A DNA stretch of 64,000 nucleotides from Sphaerodactylus townsendi (lineage: Eukaryota): assembly GCF_021028975.2 (NCBI RefSeq), contig NC_059428.1, forward strand, positions 27,528,001 to 27,592,000. The letters are read 5' to 3'. The position numbers and the translations under genes are program-made. Of the stretch, positions 25,433 to 38,447 are shown piece after piece. The notes under the pieces were generated by a model. The model was not told the DNA's origin. It saw only the letters and a program-made list of their open reading frames with translations, and did no database searches. Each line of letters opens with the position of its first letter. Positions within the stretch are counted from its first letter, which is position 1.

Positions 25433-27119
25433 GTATAATGTGACTGAAAGTTAGGGGTGGCAGGAAGCGATTTGGCCAAACTGCCCACTATCCCTGTATA
25501 GGAGCCACAAGATGAGACGTGACTATGGCTGGAGTCTGCACCTAGTAATCCTATTGCAGCATTTCAGCCTGTGGGGAAGACGTGTGGTAAAGGTGAAAGT
25601 ACTTATCTTAAAAAAGGTTAATTATCTGATTCCCCACATCATCTATCATCAAATGTGTGAGCAAGTGCTTAAATAAGTCTATAACTGGTTGGTGGTATTT
25701 TTAATAGTGGCTGCCAGCCTTGGAATTGAACCAAGGACCAGCATGGTTGACCCTACCACTTGAAGGGTTGCCATGGCACTTGGAAATGATCCAGAGTGCA
25801 GGCACAAAATTCAGCTCTGAGCCAGAGTGGCATTTGGCCAACAGAAAGTTTCAGAAAAGATACAGAAACCTGAAGGATTGCAATTGAGTTATTTTATTGA
25901 CAGCTCGAGTCCAGGATACCAGTTTCTGAATTGGTCAGCTTGGTTTTAAGAGACCAGGAGGATATTGGGCTGCATGAAGGTAGTCATCTTGGACTCTGAG
26001 TATATGCGGCAGCTGCACCATGCAAGTATACCCTTTCCAATATTGGTGGTTCAGAATCCAAAGCAGTAGCGTTTTCCTCAACTAGATCATTTTCCTTCCT
26101 ATTCTCCTTCCATTTTCCTTCCAAAATCTATTTGGATAAGGATGAGGATTCTAAAGGGCTTGGGAGATGAAAGGGTGAAGGCTTTCTTTGCTATGCAGTT
26201 TCATGGCAAATGTGAGTCATTTACCTTTTTTTTACTCCTCTCTGACATCCTAACCTGACTGCTGAAGCTCCAAAATTATCTCAAAGAACTTTGTCAACCC
26301 TTATGTAATATGGATTACTGGGAGCTCCTAGCCTGGTATTAAAAGATAGTTAAATATTGAAAAGAACGTCTGTGCTATGTCCAGAGTGAAAACAAACACT
26401 CTGGTGCTCACATCATTATGGCATCATCATTAACAGGAAATCAAAACAAGAACGACCAGCAAGCAGTTCCCTTCCCCCAAACTTCCATCATGTTTCTAAA
26501 TAAAGTTGCTATCTTTATTACACGAATGCCAAAGTGATTGTTTTCAATTACAGCAGAGCACAACTACACTTTAAATATCTACAGCTAGGTGGAACACAAT
26601 CAAACCATTAACAACTTGAAGGATAGTGAAGAGGAAGCACAGAACTTCTTGGTCTAAGAGAAACAGGAACACCACCAGGGGACACATTTGGTTAAGATCT
26701 GTGAATGGTGTCAAAGCCTTCCATACAAACACTGGATCCTTCTGAGATCCGTGATTAGTAGTTTAGGACAAGACAATACATATGCAGCAGATCAGTCTAT
26801 CTCTTGACCCCCATGGCAAGTGATGTGCTGAAGCAGGTACTTCATTACGTTCTTCCTAGAAACCTGGTGCCATTCGTCAGTGCCCCTGCAACATAGCCAC
26901 AAGGATCGACTTGGCCAGAAGTAGTCTATTAGATTTGCAGATGGAAGTACACAAGAATTACTGCTTCCTGTCAAATGCTGTTATTAGTATTCCCACACAA
27001 CGTAACACAGTGTGGAATATTAACATCTATTTTTTAAAAAATAAGCTATCTGCTCATCCAGAAGCAATACTTACTCACCATAAATTAGTGGGTAAAGTAG
27101 GAATTTGAAAGCCTTCAGA

Positions 27120-27391
27120 ATACATGAATGCATGAAGCCTTGTAACGAATCAAACAACTGGTCCATCAAAATCAGTACCGTCTCCTCAGTCTGGCAGAAG
27201 ATTTCCAGGGTCTCAAGCCAGGATACTTCACATTGGGCACTTCCGCACAGGCAGAATGTTGTGAAAGTGGATTGGAAGTGCATTATTCTGCATGTGCAAA
27301 AGTGCCCATTGATTCTTACTGTTGATGTCGGGGATTGAACCTGGGACCTTCTGCATTCCAAGCAGATGCCCTGCAGCTGAACCCACAGCCC
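27120..27391 (-). mobile_element. tRNA-derived SINE with CR1-like 3' end, interrupted by a MITE
   Basis: gggattgaacctgggaccttctgc...cacagcccc is the reverse complement of a tRNA-like head. Confidence 0.7.
27235..27307. mobile_element. Small PIF/Harbinger-like MITE
   Basis: ~23-bp TIRs gggcacttccgcacaggcagaat / attctgcatgtgcaaaagtgccc; 3-bp TSD att. Confidence 0.7.
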
Positions 27392-29572
27392 CAAAAAGAG
27401 AACAAGGAGATCAATCTGTAACCAACTGTGAACAAGTGACTGAAAACACTGGCTACCTTCAGACCACATGGAGCTACAGTAAATTAAGCCAGCCAATAAT
27501 TTGGGGAGGTCGGGTGCTATGGAATGGAGTATACTAGGAGCAGCTCACAGAGCAGGACCTGCCGTAAATACAAAGCCACACTTTTGCTAAAGAACAAGGA
27601 TTCCCTTCACCATCCCGCTAGAGCAAAACGGCAACCTCAGTGCTAATTCCAAGCCCCATTTCAAATCTGCCAAATCAAAGACCAACCCGGAAGTGGGATC
27701 AGAGGAAGGCCATTGTGCCCTGCTTGTAGGCTCTGTTGCCATACCAGCTAAACATCCCTGTTTCGAAGAATCATGGGGGGGGGGAGGGGGGGAGGAATCA
27801 AGGACCATTCATCAACTTGGACTGAAGGAGATGTTTTTGATTTCAGTCACGGTCAGGATAAACTGATAGTTCCACTTTGCAAGTGCCCAGCGCAAAAGAC
27901 CTAACCAAGCAGAAACGGAATCTTTGGAAATATGAAACTTCAAACTTTTTTTAAAATTTTAGCATGTCTTTCAAATCAAAGGGAAACAGGGATATTACAG
28001 AGTGAGAAACATCAGAAGTCTGAAACATCTAGTACAGACTTTTCCCCCCCAGGGAAATCTCTTATTGGCTGCTACCACTCAAACTTCCTGTGCTTTTAAA
28101 ACACCCTGTCCAAGAAAAGATTTCCATCTAGAATAACAGTATTTCTTTCCTATTTCCCTTTTGCCAATGGAAAAGGAAGAGGAAATGAAAAGGGGGGGAG
28201 GGGAGGATAAGCAAGAGATGCTACCAAAATATGTATCCCTGTTCAGATTTGCACTGCAAGTTAAATTATTCCTACAACTTTCCCATGAATTGAGATGAAT
28301 TAGAAGGTCGGTTTGGTCTGTTTTCATTTTTTCCCCCAGCTTCTATACTACAAGTTTGTATGTCAACCTGGACAAAGCTTACAGCTGCCAGAAAACTAAA
28401 AATACACTTGATTTTTAACTTAATTACTATAGTCACATGGCAACCTTGGTCACTACTCAATTATCTCATTGTGTGAAATTGATACAATCAATCATCACTG
28501 TGATGAGTCATCATGGATCATTGCTTCTTATCTCCAGCAATTACCCAACAATGGAAGACAAACCGGACGGTGATAATCCTGTCATGGGTTTGCTGGAACA
28601 AGCCTAGGAGATCATGCGGAAAATACGGCTTGTTTTCAGCTGCTTGCAGAACAGCTGGGCAGGGTGCCCCGCTCTAGAAGGAGCACTGCACCATGGAGAC
28701 AGAATGATGAAAAGTTGGTGTTTAGCTGCCAACCCTGCCATTCCTCTAAGCTCCCCAAAACTACATATGTTAGCTATCCCTGGCATCAAATGTGTTAAGC
28801 AGTGCGCTGGTGATGGATACTGAATTTGTTCTTTATAGGAAGATCTCTTCGCATATTCCTAGGTTAGAAAGGAAGACTGGATGTAAGACACCAAGAGTTC
28901 AACCCGTGTCTTCCAGTTACTGGTGGGGGAGGGCGTCCATACGAACAGAACTGCAAGCTGTACAGTTCACTCGAAGATTGAACATCTACATCATGGGATT
29001 TTTTTTTTCTCAGCAAATGTTGGCAAATGCAAACAGCTGTGGGAGGCATAGGAGCTGGATCCTTACCACATGCCCCAGGTGGCTCATCAGCTTGGGAAAA
29101 GAATAATTGGACTATCAAGGATCCTTCCTATGTGCACACATCCTGCAGATGCTGTTCACCACGGCGTGGCAAATAATGCCAGGTGATAAGGTCAGTACTA
29201 AGACATGAACAAATCTCTATAAGACTGAGGACACAATTTCCGATGAGTCCAGAAGGGTAGCTCTGTTAGGTTATTGCCACAACCACAAACATGAGTCCTT
29301 CAATAGTGCCTTCAAAGGTAACACATTTTATTTCAGCACAAGCTTTTGTCTCCTTCTTCTGAAACCATTTTAGTCTTCAAGGTGCCACAGGAGTCCAGCT
29401 CAACAATACAATGAGGCGCCATGAACCCCTGCTAACTAGTCAACCCATGAGTAGCACCACCTTCCGTCCACATCAAACATGCTGTGGTTAAAAAAAACAA
29501 CCCTCAAAGAGTTGAAATGAGTAAGCCACATGACTGTTCAGCACGTACCCATATATAACAAAGTAAGATAAG

Positions 29573-29667
29573 TGTTGGTGTGGGACATATGACTGGTACC
29601 ATAATGTTTCAGGAAAGCATTCTCTTCAGCTCTGAACTTACTTGGGCTTAGCAACCACAAGGACGTC
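29573..29667 (-). pseudogene. Relic partial duplicate of the 3' end of the 18506-18676 exon, its donor site and adjacent intron
   Basis: 29642-29667 matches 18506-18531 at 24/26 nt (DVLVVAKPK vs DVLVVAKAK); identical gtaagt donor; weaker gapped similarity continues ~70 bp into the intron. Confidence 0.75.
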
Positions 29668-30640
29668 AATACCAATACATGAACAAGCCTTGACAGTTCA
29701 TTAGACTGTAGACGCAATTTATACCTGCTTTCTGGCTCTCCCTCTTGGAAAAATGATACGTCAGACCCACCATAAACTACTCCACATAACCACAATCCTG
29801 TCGAATAACATCCCTAGGCCCATTAAATACTTTGAACCACAAGGCTGTAAATCTGGTGACAGAAAAGTCCAGCTGATGGGTAATTCAGGCCATCTGAATT
29901 TATTGTATTGTTATTTTAGCATCCAGAAAATATTTACTGCCTATTGAAGGGACTGGTGCTCCACTGCTCTCTTTCTGTAGCTATTATTCCAAGAAGATAA
30001 AGCTGGGTCAAGAACATTTCGAAAATGAAAACTATTATGGCAAGCACATGGCTGCCTAAACTATCGTGGTGAGCACATGGCAGTACCATATTTCAAAGCC
30101 TAATTGTCAGATTCTGAGTCTCAAAACAACTCCTCTAAGAAAAACCTTTTTGCACACCATTGCTTCAAGACTTGCTTGCAGAATGTGACGTGTGCATGTA
30201 ACTAACTGCATCTTAGCAACCAAACTGAATTCTCATTAGCAGCAGTCTTCAAAGTGAGGGCAATTAACTAAGACCATTTGGCTAGGTCATTTGCATCCAG
30301 AGCCATTATCTCCATAATGGATAGCAAGCCTGAAATGATAGGGGAAAAAATACATAATGACCAGAGAACACAGCACAAAGCATATATCCCACATATATTT
30401 CTAGATCACTTAAAAGTGGTGTTTACATCACAACAATTCAGCACTGCATCCAATGTCTCTGTAGCTATAAAGTTACATTTCGTTTAACATCTTATGTCTG
30501 TTAAAGCTCATCTGACGGCACCTACTACATCCTGAGGCAGTTCCCTTCTGGGCTCTGACCTGACTCAAGGTAGCATAGCCTTGGCAATGTTGCTTTATCA
30601 TGTTTTTAGATGGCAGCCAGGAAGAATTCATTCCTTTCCC

Positions 30641-30780
30641 CAGAGGTGTAGCAAGGGGGAAAAGTGCACAGTGCACCGGTGCATCCTCCGCCCCTGCCCC
30701 GAAATGCCCTTGCCCTGCCCCCACAGGGGTACTTGCCCGGTGTGTCACATGTTCCCCGCCCCCATGGAGCTATGCGTCTG
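30641..30780 (-). mobile_element. GC-rich hAT MITE (same family as 25271)
   Basis: TIRs cagaggtgtagc / gctatgcgtctg; perfect 8-bp TSD cctttccc. Confidence 0.88.
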
Positions 30781-31081
30781 CCTTTCCCATAAGCTTTTCT
30801 GAGGCATCTGGTTGGCCATTGTGGCAACAAAACATGGTACTAAGTCAACCACTGGTTTGACCCTACAGGGGTCTTCTTATGCTATATCTTCCCATAGATC
30901 AAAATTTCCAACTAATAGATAAAGATCTTGCTACCTTCCTTTATGGTATACTTCACTTGCATGAACTGCAGGGAGACATAAGGTCTGTTAATTCCTTTGT
31001 TGTTCATTCCTGCCCTCTGCTTACACACACTGTGGTCTGGATTATGTGTGTTATGTGGCTGGTGCATTCAAAGTCCTGAGA

Positions 31082-31227
31082 CAGTGGTGGCGAACCTTTG
31101 GCACTCCAGATGTTATGGACTACAATTCCCATCAGCCCCTGCCAGCATGGCAAATTGGCCATGCTGGTAGGGGCTGATGGGAATTGTAGTCCATAACATC
31201 TGGAGTGCCAAAGGTTCGCCACCACGG
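31082..31227. mobile_element. Palindromic hAT MITE (146-bp hairpin)
   Basis: Arms nearly perfect inverted repeats of ~70 bp; TSD tcctgaga/tcctgagg. Confidence 0.92.
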
Positions 31228-31267
31228 TCCTGAGGGATATCAGCTTGCAACATTATTATGATTATTA

Positions 31268-31455
31268 TTGCAGCCACTTTACGGCAGTCTCATAGGTTTT
31301 TGAAGGCAAGCGATGTTCAGAGGTGGTTTGCCGTTGTCTGCCCCTGAATAGAAACCCTGGTATTCCTCAGGGGTCGCCTATCCAAGTACTAATCAGGGCT
31401 GACCTGCTCAGCTTCTGAAACCTCATGAGATTGGACTTGCCTGGGCTATCCACGT
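31268..31455 (-). mobile_element. 5S-derived SINE
   Basis: ctatccaagtactaatcagggc...cagcttctga is the reverse complement of the 5S A/C-box region. Confidence 0.7.
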
Positions 31456-31679
31456 TAGAGTTTGCAGATTAATAGGGTTATGCAATCAGCTTGAATGCAG
31501 CGATGACGAACAACTTTTAAGACTGAGCTGTCAATCTCTGCATGGACACTTCCCTGACAATTACAGGAAGTGTTACACAATATTACTGCTACTACTCAAA
31601 GGTTTATCTGTTTGGTAGGGACTTTTCAGAACAAAGTGACACAAGTCCCACCTCACATTATGAGGGGTAATTCCAGATG

Positions 31680-31790
31680 AGTACGCATGTTAGCCTGCAA
31701 CTGCAAAACAAAGCAAGAGCCCGGTGACGTTTTAAAGACTAACCAAAGCATAACAGCCTAAACTTCAGAGTTTACTTCATCCAATTCATT
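31680..31790. mobile_element. Penelope-like terminal-repeat remnant (similar remnants near 5420, 17290 and 29255)
   Basis: gcatgttagcctgcaactgcaaaacaaagcaagag...ttaaagactaac motif; family recognised from memory only. Confidence 0.45.
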
Positions 31791-32364
31791 GGCATGTAAG
31801 TCCACTAGGTTACCGCTTTCATACCAACAACAGAAAAGGCAGAGGAGAGGAAAAAAAGGTGCCAAGATAGGCCAGTCAAAAACAACATATCATGATAAAA
31901 AGAGTAATAATAAATATAAAAAGAGTAATCATTCAATAAGGGTGAGCGAAGGCCATCCCTCAACTGTTGTTAGACTGGCAAAGCAGGATTAATACAACTC
32001 TTGTGAAAGATAAGCGGACAGAATAAGAAATTAGAGGGATTATGCTATTAGCACTTCTAGCGAGTGTGGAATCCTATGTTGCTGTAACCCTGGGGCAAAC
32101 AGTCTCAAATTTGTCAATGAATTCTAATTTGGCAATTTTGTGGCAGATTGAGATGGCAGCATACCAAAGAATACAGAGTAGGAAAGGAGGCATCTTGAAA
32201 GGGATTAGGACAGCAGAGCAGAACGTGAAGAACTATGGAGAGAAGAAGATGACAGTAAGGTGACGGATTAAGCAATCAAATTTCTCAGTGTTCTCAATGT
32301 AGTATCCTTGCCACAGGTGTCAGCCAAGAACAACTGGATATGTCAGAGAGACAATGAGCGGAGC

Positions 32365-33590
32365 CAGATGTCTGAAGAGCTGACTCAAATGGAGGTGACC
32401 ACAGATGAAGTTCTAGGGTAAATTAAAAACTAACAAGTCTCTGGGTTCAGATGGCATACACCCAAGTTTTCTTAATAAAACACAAATGTGAAATGATAGA
32501 CCCACTAACCAGTATACTTAACTTGTCACTAACTGACCTCTGTACTGGAGGACTAGAAAGTAGCAAATGAAAAAGGAATCTAGAGGGGATCCTGGAAATA
32601 ACAGGCCAATTAGCTTAACATTTGTTCTGGTTAAGTTAGCAGGAATTATTAAAGACAGAATTATTAAGCATGCAGAGCCTGTAACGTAGAGCCTGGGAAA
32701 TTCCTGAAGATTTGGGGATGGTATCCAAGGAGGACAGTTTGGCAAGGAAAGAATGCCAAGCATGGATGTGATGCCATAAAATCCATCTTTGAAAGCTATC
32801 ATTTTCTCCAGGGTAACTGACAGCTGTAATTCCAGAAGAATGCCACATTCCACTTGGAGGTTGGTAACCCTGCTATGATGATAATGATTAAGAAGAAGAA
32901 GAGGAGGAGGAGTTTGGATTTATATCCCACCTTTCTCTCCTGTAAGGAAACTCAAGATGGCCTACAAGCTCCTTTCCCTTCCTCTCCCCACCACAACAGA
33001 CACCTTGTGAAGTAGGTGGGGCTGAGAGAATTCTGAAGAACTGTGACTAGCCCAAGGTCACCCAGCAGGAATGTAGGAGTGCGGAAACACATCTGGTTCA
33101 CATCTGCCTCTGCAAAGACAAGTCCTGCCTCACTAATCTTTTCGTGTTTCTTCAAAGGCTTTTTCAACAAGCATGCAGATAAGAGTGATCCAGTTGATGT
33201 CATAAACCTGGTCTTCTAAAAGGTTTCTGACCAGGTACCTCACCAAAAACTTCTAAATAAACGTAGAAGTTAATTCGTTCATGAATTATCTGGATTTGGG
33301 GGTAGGGAGTATACTGGCCAACTTTCCAGATGAAACCCGAGAATTCAAGATGGTGAAAAGCAAGGCAGATTGTGAAGAGCTCCAGATGGATTGTCCTAAA
33401 TTGGGAGAAGGCCAAGAACGTGATAAATGAAGTAACTAAGTGCAAACCGATGCACGTTGGGTCATAAGATTTCCTGATTGTAAATATATGGTGATGAGGC
33501 ACAACTTGGCTGCAATTGAATGAGAAAGGGAAACTGGAGGTTGTAGTAGATAGTTTGATGGAAATGCTGACTCAGTGTGTACCTGCAACA
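32365..33590 (+). mobile_element. Old CR1 RT fragments interrupted by a MITE (32690-32872) and a SINE (32890-33112)
   Basis: aagtctctgggttcagatggcatacaccc (KSxGxDGIHP), ggaaataacaggccaattagcttaac (GNxRPISL), aagtgcaaaccgatgcacgttggg (KCKxMHVG). Confidence 0.7.
32890..33112 (-). mobile_element. Squam3-like SINE, 5'-truncated
   Basis: Tail and body match 13505-13801. Confidence 0.85.
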
Positions 33591-33740
33591 AAACAGTTGG
33601 CTTTTAGCCCCTAAGCCCCCCCACTGATTTTGGCTAACTTCCATTTTTATATTTAATTGTTGATCATTTGGACTTCTTCCCACTTTTGTAACATTTTAGA
33701 TGAATGTAATTGCATATTCATGTTGTTACTGTTGACCACC

Positions 33741-33744
<4 letters not shown>

Positions 33745-33820
<76 letters not shown>
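33745..33820. repeat. Compound (GA)n(TTGA)n microsatellite
   Basis: Seen directly. Confidence 0.95.
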
Positions 33821-36496
33821 ATTCCAGGCAAACTTTAAACCTGGAGTATCAAGCAACCCCTTTTCAATGCAACACCCACCCTTTTAAACAAGGAGACATG
33901 TCCTGCCCCAATTTTTAATACCGTACTTTAATGTAAAGCTCTTTTTATTCTCTACATTTATGTCCCATTGCATTCTAGGAGTGTTTTAGTGGTGCTACAA
34001 TTTTATTTTACTGAATTTTCCTACTAGTATTGCTGTTTTTATAGGTAAGTAATTTTGTAAATTGCCTTGGACTCGTTTTCTAAACGGCAGTTAAAAACTT
34101 TTTAGAAATATACAAAATTTAAAGAATTGTATCTACAGCACTTTCTTTTATTCTTTTATTTGAGAAATCAGGATAAATAAAATCGAAGTTCTGGAAAATT
34201 AGCATGAGGGTACAAGTTTATGCAGACTATTAATAGGATATACTTGGATACAGAAAAGCATCAAACTTCCTTTCTCATAAGGACAGCCAATCTTTTTTTG
34301 GCAATTTTAATGTCAGCTCGGTCCCTCCAGTGCTATCAGAAGCCCCTCGGAGGAATGAGGTTCTTTTGCTCAAGAACAGCAACACTGAATGGTGCAAGTA
34401 TTTTTGCACCAGCACGACACAAACTTTGTTCTGCACAAACATATTTTGCCTGGTTTTTCTTTAAAAAATGAGTTTTAATTCTCAAGTTAAACATTTCTGT
34501 CAAAAGTCCAATGTAGAATATTTGTAGATGTTCCCTAGCAAACTGGAGCAGTGTAGCAGATAAGAGACTAAACTGGAAACAGGAAGTTCCCAGTTCAAAT
34601 TTCACCAAGGCCACAATCATGCTAGGCCATTCCAGATGAGGCATTCTCTCAGCCCCTCTTATGCAATAACATAGGGATAATAACATATTGATTGCTCTTG
34701 CAGGAAAGTAAGAAGGACTACAAAAAGTCAATGCAACACCCAGAAGCATGGCACAAATGAAAGCTACCATTAGCATCACCAGGGGCAGAACCTGAGGAGA
34801 TACAAAGTCCACTGATGAACATGGAACAATTGCTTCTGAGAGGGTGTGGAGGATAGTGCCATTCTGTCCCTATTTCAGATTAGCTCACTGGATCAGTCAT
34901 TTGCCTCTCCAGGAGAAACAGGCAGGTAAATCATATGAAGATTGTATGTTTCCTTCACAGAGCAAATAACAGGTTATGGGGGTGGCTTGAAGTATGGAAA
35001 ACAGTCCAGAGCAATGGATTATACATCCATGAGGTAATCTGAATTGCACCCCTCCCCCAATGTTATTCCCCATTATGGAACCTCTCCTAATGTCTCATAC
35101 AGGTAAATCCACAGCAAAGGTGGATCTTGCTCTGAATAATGCCAGATGTTTTGTTAATTAACATTTCCAATATAATAATATCCCAGCTATTGCCATCATC
35201 CGTGGACACTTTTGCAGCACACTTTCAGTCATAGTACCTGCTCTCTTTTACTTTCTTGGGGTACTGTTATATTAGGTGCCATGTTTGTATTCCACAATTT
35301 TATTCACTGTTAATTAGGGCACTGTAAAATGCTGATGTTGATAATTGTTGCTCAAAAAAACCTGTTGATGAAAAATGAAGTTTTATTATATGGTTGGGTT
35401 GTATTTTGTTCATATGACTTCAGTAAGCTGCCCTGAGCCCACTGGTAAGGACAGGCAGCCTACTGGCTGGCTGAATGAATGGTAGTGGTTCTACAGCTCC
35501 AAACAGCAAACTGGATGCAGCCTGGTCTCAAATAATCTGTTTACAGTTTACCAGGGAATAGCTTTATTGACCTTCGTTGAAAGAATTTGTGAAATACAGG
35601 CTGCCTTTCAGCCGGTTAAGCCACTAGGTGCAGATTTTTGGTGACTACTGACTTCAACGGCACTACACCAATTGAAAGAATACGATGGCGTCTCGCCTGA
35701 AAGCTGGCATTCCCATTGTCATCTGCCTGCAGATTGTAGCCAGCCTCAAAGCAAGGGACAGCCTCACTTGCTGGCCTGACCAGGGAATAGCAAAATTAAG
35801 GAACAATGTGCCGGGAGCCAGTATACGTGAAGGAGGTAAAAAATGAAGTGAGACGTGTGTGAAAAAATCATGCAGTCTGCTTTTAAATCTGAATGGATCC
35901 AAGAGACAAAAGAGCATTTGCAAGGCTCAGGTAATAAACAGAGTCGTAAAGTCAGCATCCATGACGACTGGTTCTTTTGCAGACAGAAGAGCAATTGGAC
36001 TAGGAAGCTAGGGAAGAAAGCATCTGTGGTGTTTTCATACAACTGGGTAGGAGTCAAGACACCTCTTTCAAACTCTGGAGGAAGAACTAGGGTAGACTCT
36101 TCTCAGTCAATACATTAAATACTCAGCAACTAAAATGTGGAACTTGCTGACAGGGGATGCAGTGACAGCCAAAGGCACAGCCAGCATCCCAGTCTTCACA
36201 CTGCTTCCTGACCCATTCTGTGTTGTGTGTGTGTCCGTCTGTCCGTCCATCTGTCAGTCCCTCCAAAAATGGCAGGGGTGCTCAATAGCCAATATCACAA
36301 GGAATCCTCCTCCCAGATCTAACACAATCCTGCTGTCAGTGTAAGTGCTGTGCAAGGCTACCTGAGTAGCACTTACCCTGTTTGGGCCTCGTAACATGGG
36401 CTTAGGGGGCTGGGGCTACCCTACTGTATCACATTGGGTGGAAGAGATTAGCAATATTCCAGCTGAAGGACAAACCAGATTGCTCTGTGTCTCTTA

Positions 36497-36949
36497 CAGT
36501 CCAATCCAAAGGGTGTGTGTGTGTGAGATTGCCATAGGGACCCGACAAAGGCCTGCACACTCCACTGGTGTAAATGGCACTTTCATAGGCAGAGTGGAAA
36601 AACTGGGAGGTGGATGGGGAACTCCACAGCTCAGCAGAACCCAACCCAGAAATGCCTGCCCCCCTGAAGAGCTGCGCCAGCCCAAATCTGGCTTCTGGCA
36701 CAGCTGGGAATGGGCTAGGGGCGTTCCTGGGGGTGGAGCCAGCATTAGTCAGTTTCCACCATACTTTTAGGGCAGGAATGCCCCCAGTGTAGCCCTCGGA
36801 CTTACACCAATGCCATTTGAGCTACGGAGGGTTTTCCAAGGATCCGAGGGTTTCCTTTTTGTTGCTTCTTCATGCTGCCTGGAAAGCCCTCTGGAAATGG
36901 CATGGCAGCACATCCATCCTTAGCCACCGTGGCCTTTGGATTGAGCCGG
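36497..36949. mobile_element. Non-autonomous DNA transposon flanked by TA (Tc1/Mariner-like)
   Basis: TIRs cagtccaatccaaagg / cctttggattgagccgg, with TA on both sides. Confidence 0.55.
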
Positions 36950-38257
36950 TATTTTTACACTGAAGATCTAACAAATAGCAGTATGATGTTCTCTTCGCAC
37001 AGGAATTCTCTGTTAAGGTAGTGGATTCCCCAAGATTCCCCAGTGCAACACAGGTTTCCCAGATCTTTTTAAAATAAGAGTTTGGTCCCATCACGTAGGG
37101 AATCTTTCAACACAATTGAATTCTGGACTTGAAGTCAAACTACAGCTACAAAGACTACATTGCTACTAGAAGTCCAAACTGATTTAACAGGAATGAATCT
37201 GACCTTGATATATCTGTAGAGCTTTAAATCATATTTTGATGTTTGTCTTACTGCAGAGGGATTATCCAATTGTACTAAAGAGATAAGAAGATAATAATTG
37301 ATTCTTCTGGATTTGCTAGCTATTGCAAATATGCATGCAGAATGACCCAGATTCTATGTATGTCAGCACAGTAGATAAAGGAATACCAGTTGCATCCACC
37401 TCTTTCCCCAGTCACAGCTGGGCGTTCAGCAAACCTAGGTCTTTGCCTCTTTTTATTTGGAACTGTTGGCTTTGTTGAGGAAATAAGTCCAGTTCTTCAA
37501 TACTCTGAAGATTAGTGCAAAACTGAGTACACCGCACCTCAAAAACATGTTATTTTAAGTCTATTTGAAAGTAAGGCAGCCAACCCAATGACTGGCAACA
37601 AGAAGGGGTGCAGGGAATGGCACCATACTGGCACTGTGATGTCATTTCTGGTGAATACCAGAAGTGATGTCACATCATCAGATCACCTAGACTGCAGATT
37701 CTCAGATCCTCTTACCACAATGATCCTCTCTCAGGCCAATAAAAATGCTTAAGCATACCTAAGTCTGACAGCAATTCCTCAGAATCCTTACTTCTGAGAA
37801 AATTCAGTAAGGAGCAGGTCGGTGGAGACTCATTTGTTTTTTATGCTGGACAAAAAGGTGGGAGTTCAGATATACTAGAGCGAGGAATAAACCTAAGAAA
37901 AGACAACAGGCACATAAACCATACCCTGACTACCCATTTGCCGGTGCACTGCATTCACATGACTAATGCTTTAGGTAATGAGAGAATCTATTCATAATCC
38001 TGGTTTCTCAAGGCCCAAGAAGACACAATTAGATCAGTAATAAATTACATTTCTCGGGCCTCGTGCTTCAATTGTATTTTGAAGCTACTTTATGCAAAGT
38101 CTAGAGATCCTAAAGTAAAAAAAAAAAGATTAAAAATGCAGATAGTTCTGATGGCCCATTGGGGAGAATACTGGGGCAATGTCTTTAATAGGTCATAACA
38201 GTCAGCAAGCTCACGAGTTCCTCAGGTGTGATTTTAAAGTCTGATGTCCTGAAAAAC

Positions 38258-38447
38258 TAGGGTTGCCAATTCCAGGTGGGGAAGTTCCTGGAGATTTTGA
38301 GATGGAACTTGTGGAGGTACAAGGATAGAACGCCATGGAGTCCACTCTTCAAAGCAGCCGGTTTCTCCTTGGAAACTGATCTCTGAAGTCTGGAGATCTG
38401 CTGCAATCCCAGACATCTCCAAGCCCCACCTGAAGCAGGTAACCCTA
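38258..38447 (+). mobile_element. Complete TAGGGTTGCC MITE (hAT-Blackjack-like ends)
   Basis: TIRs tagggttgcc / ggtaacccta. Confidence 0.75.

Noticed and set aside
28501-28513. Palindromic AP-1 site tgatgagtcatca and other TGAGTCA sites
   Set aside because: Several 7-mers are expected by chance in 64 kb; no independent support.
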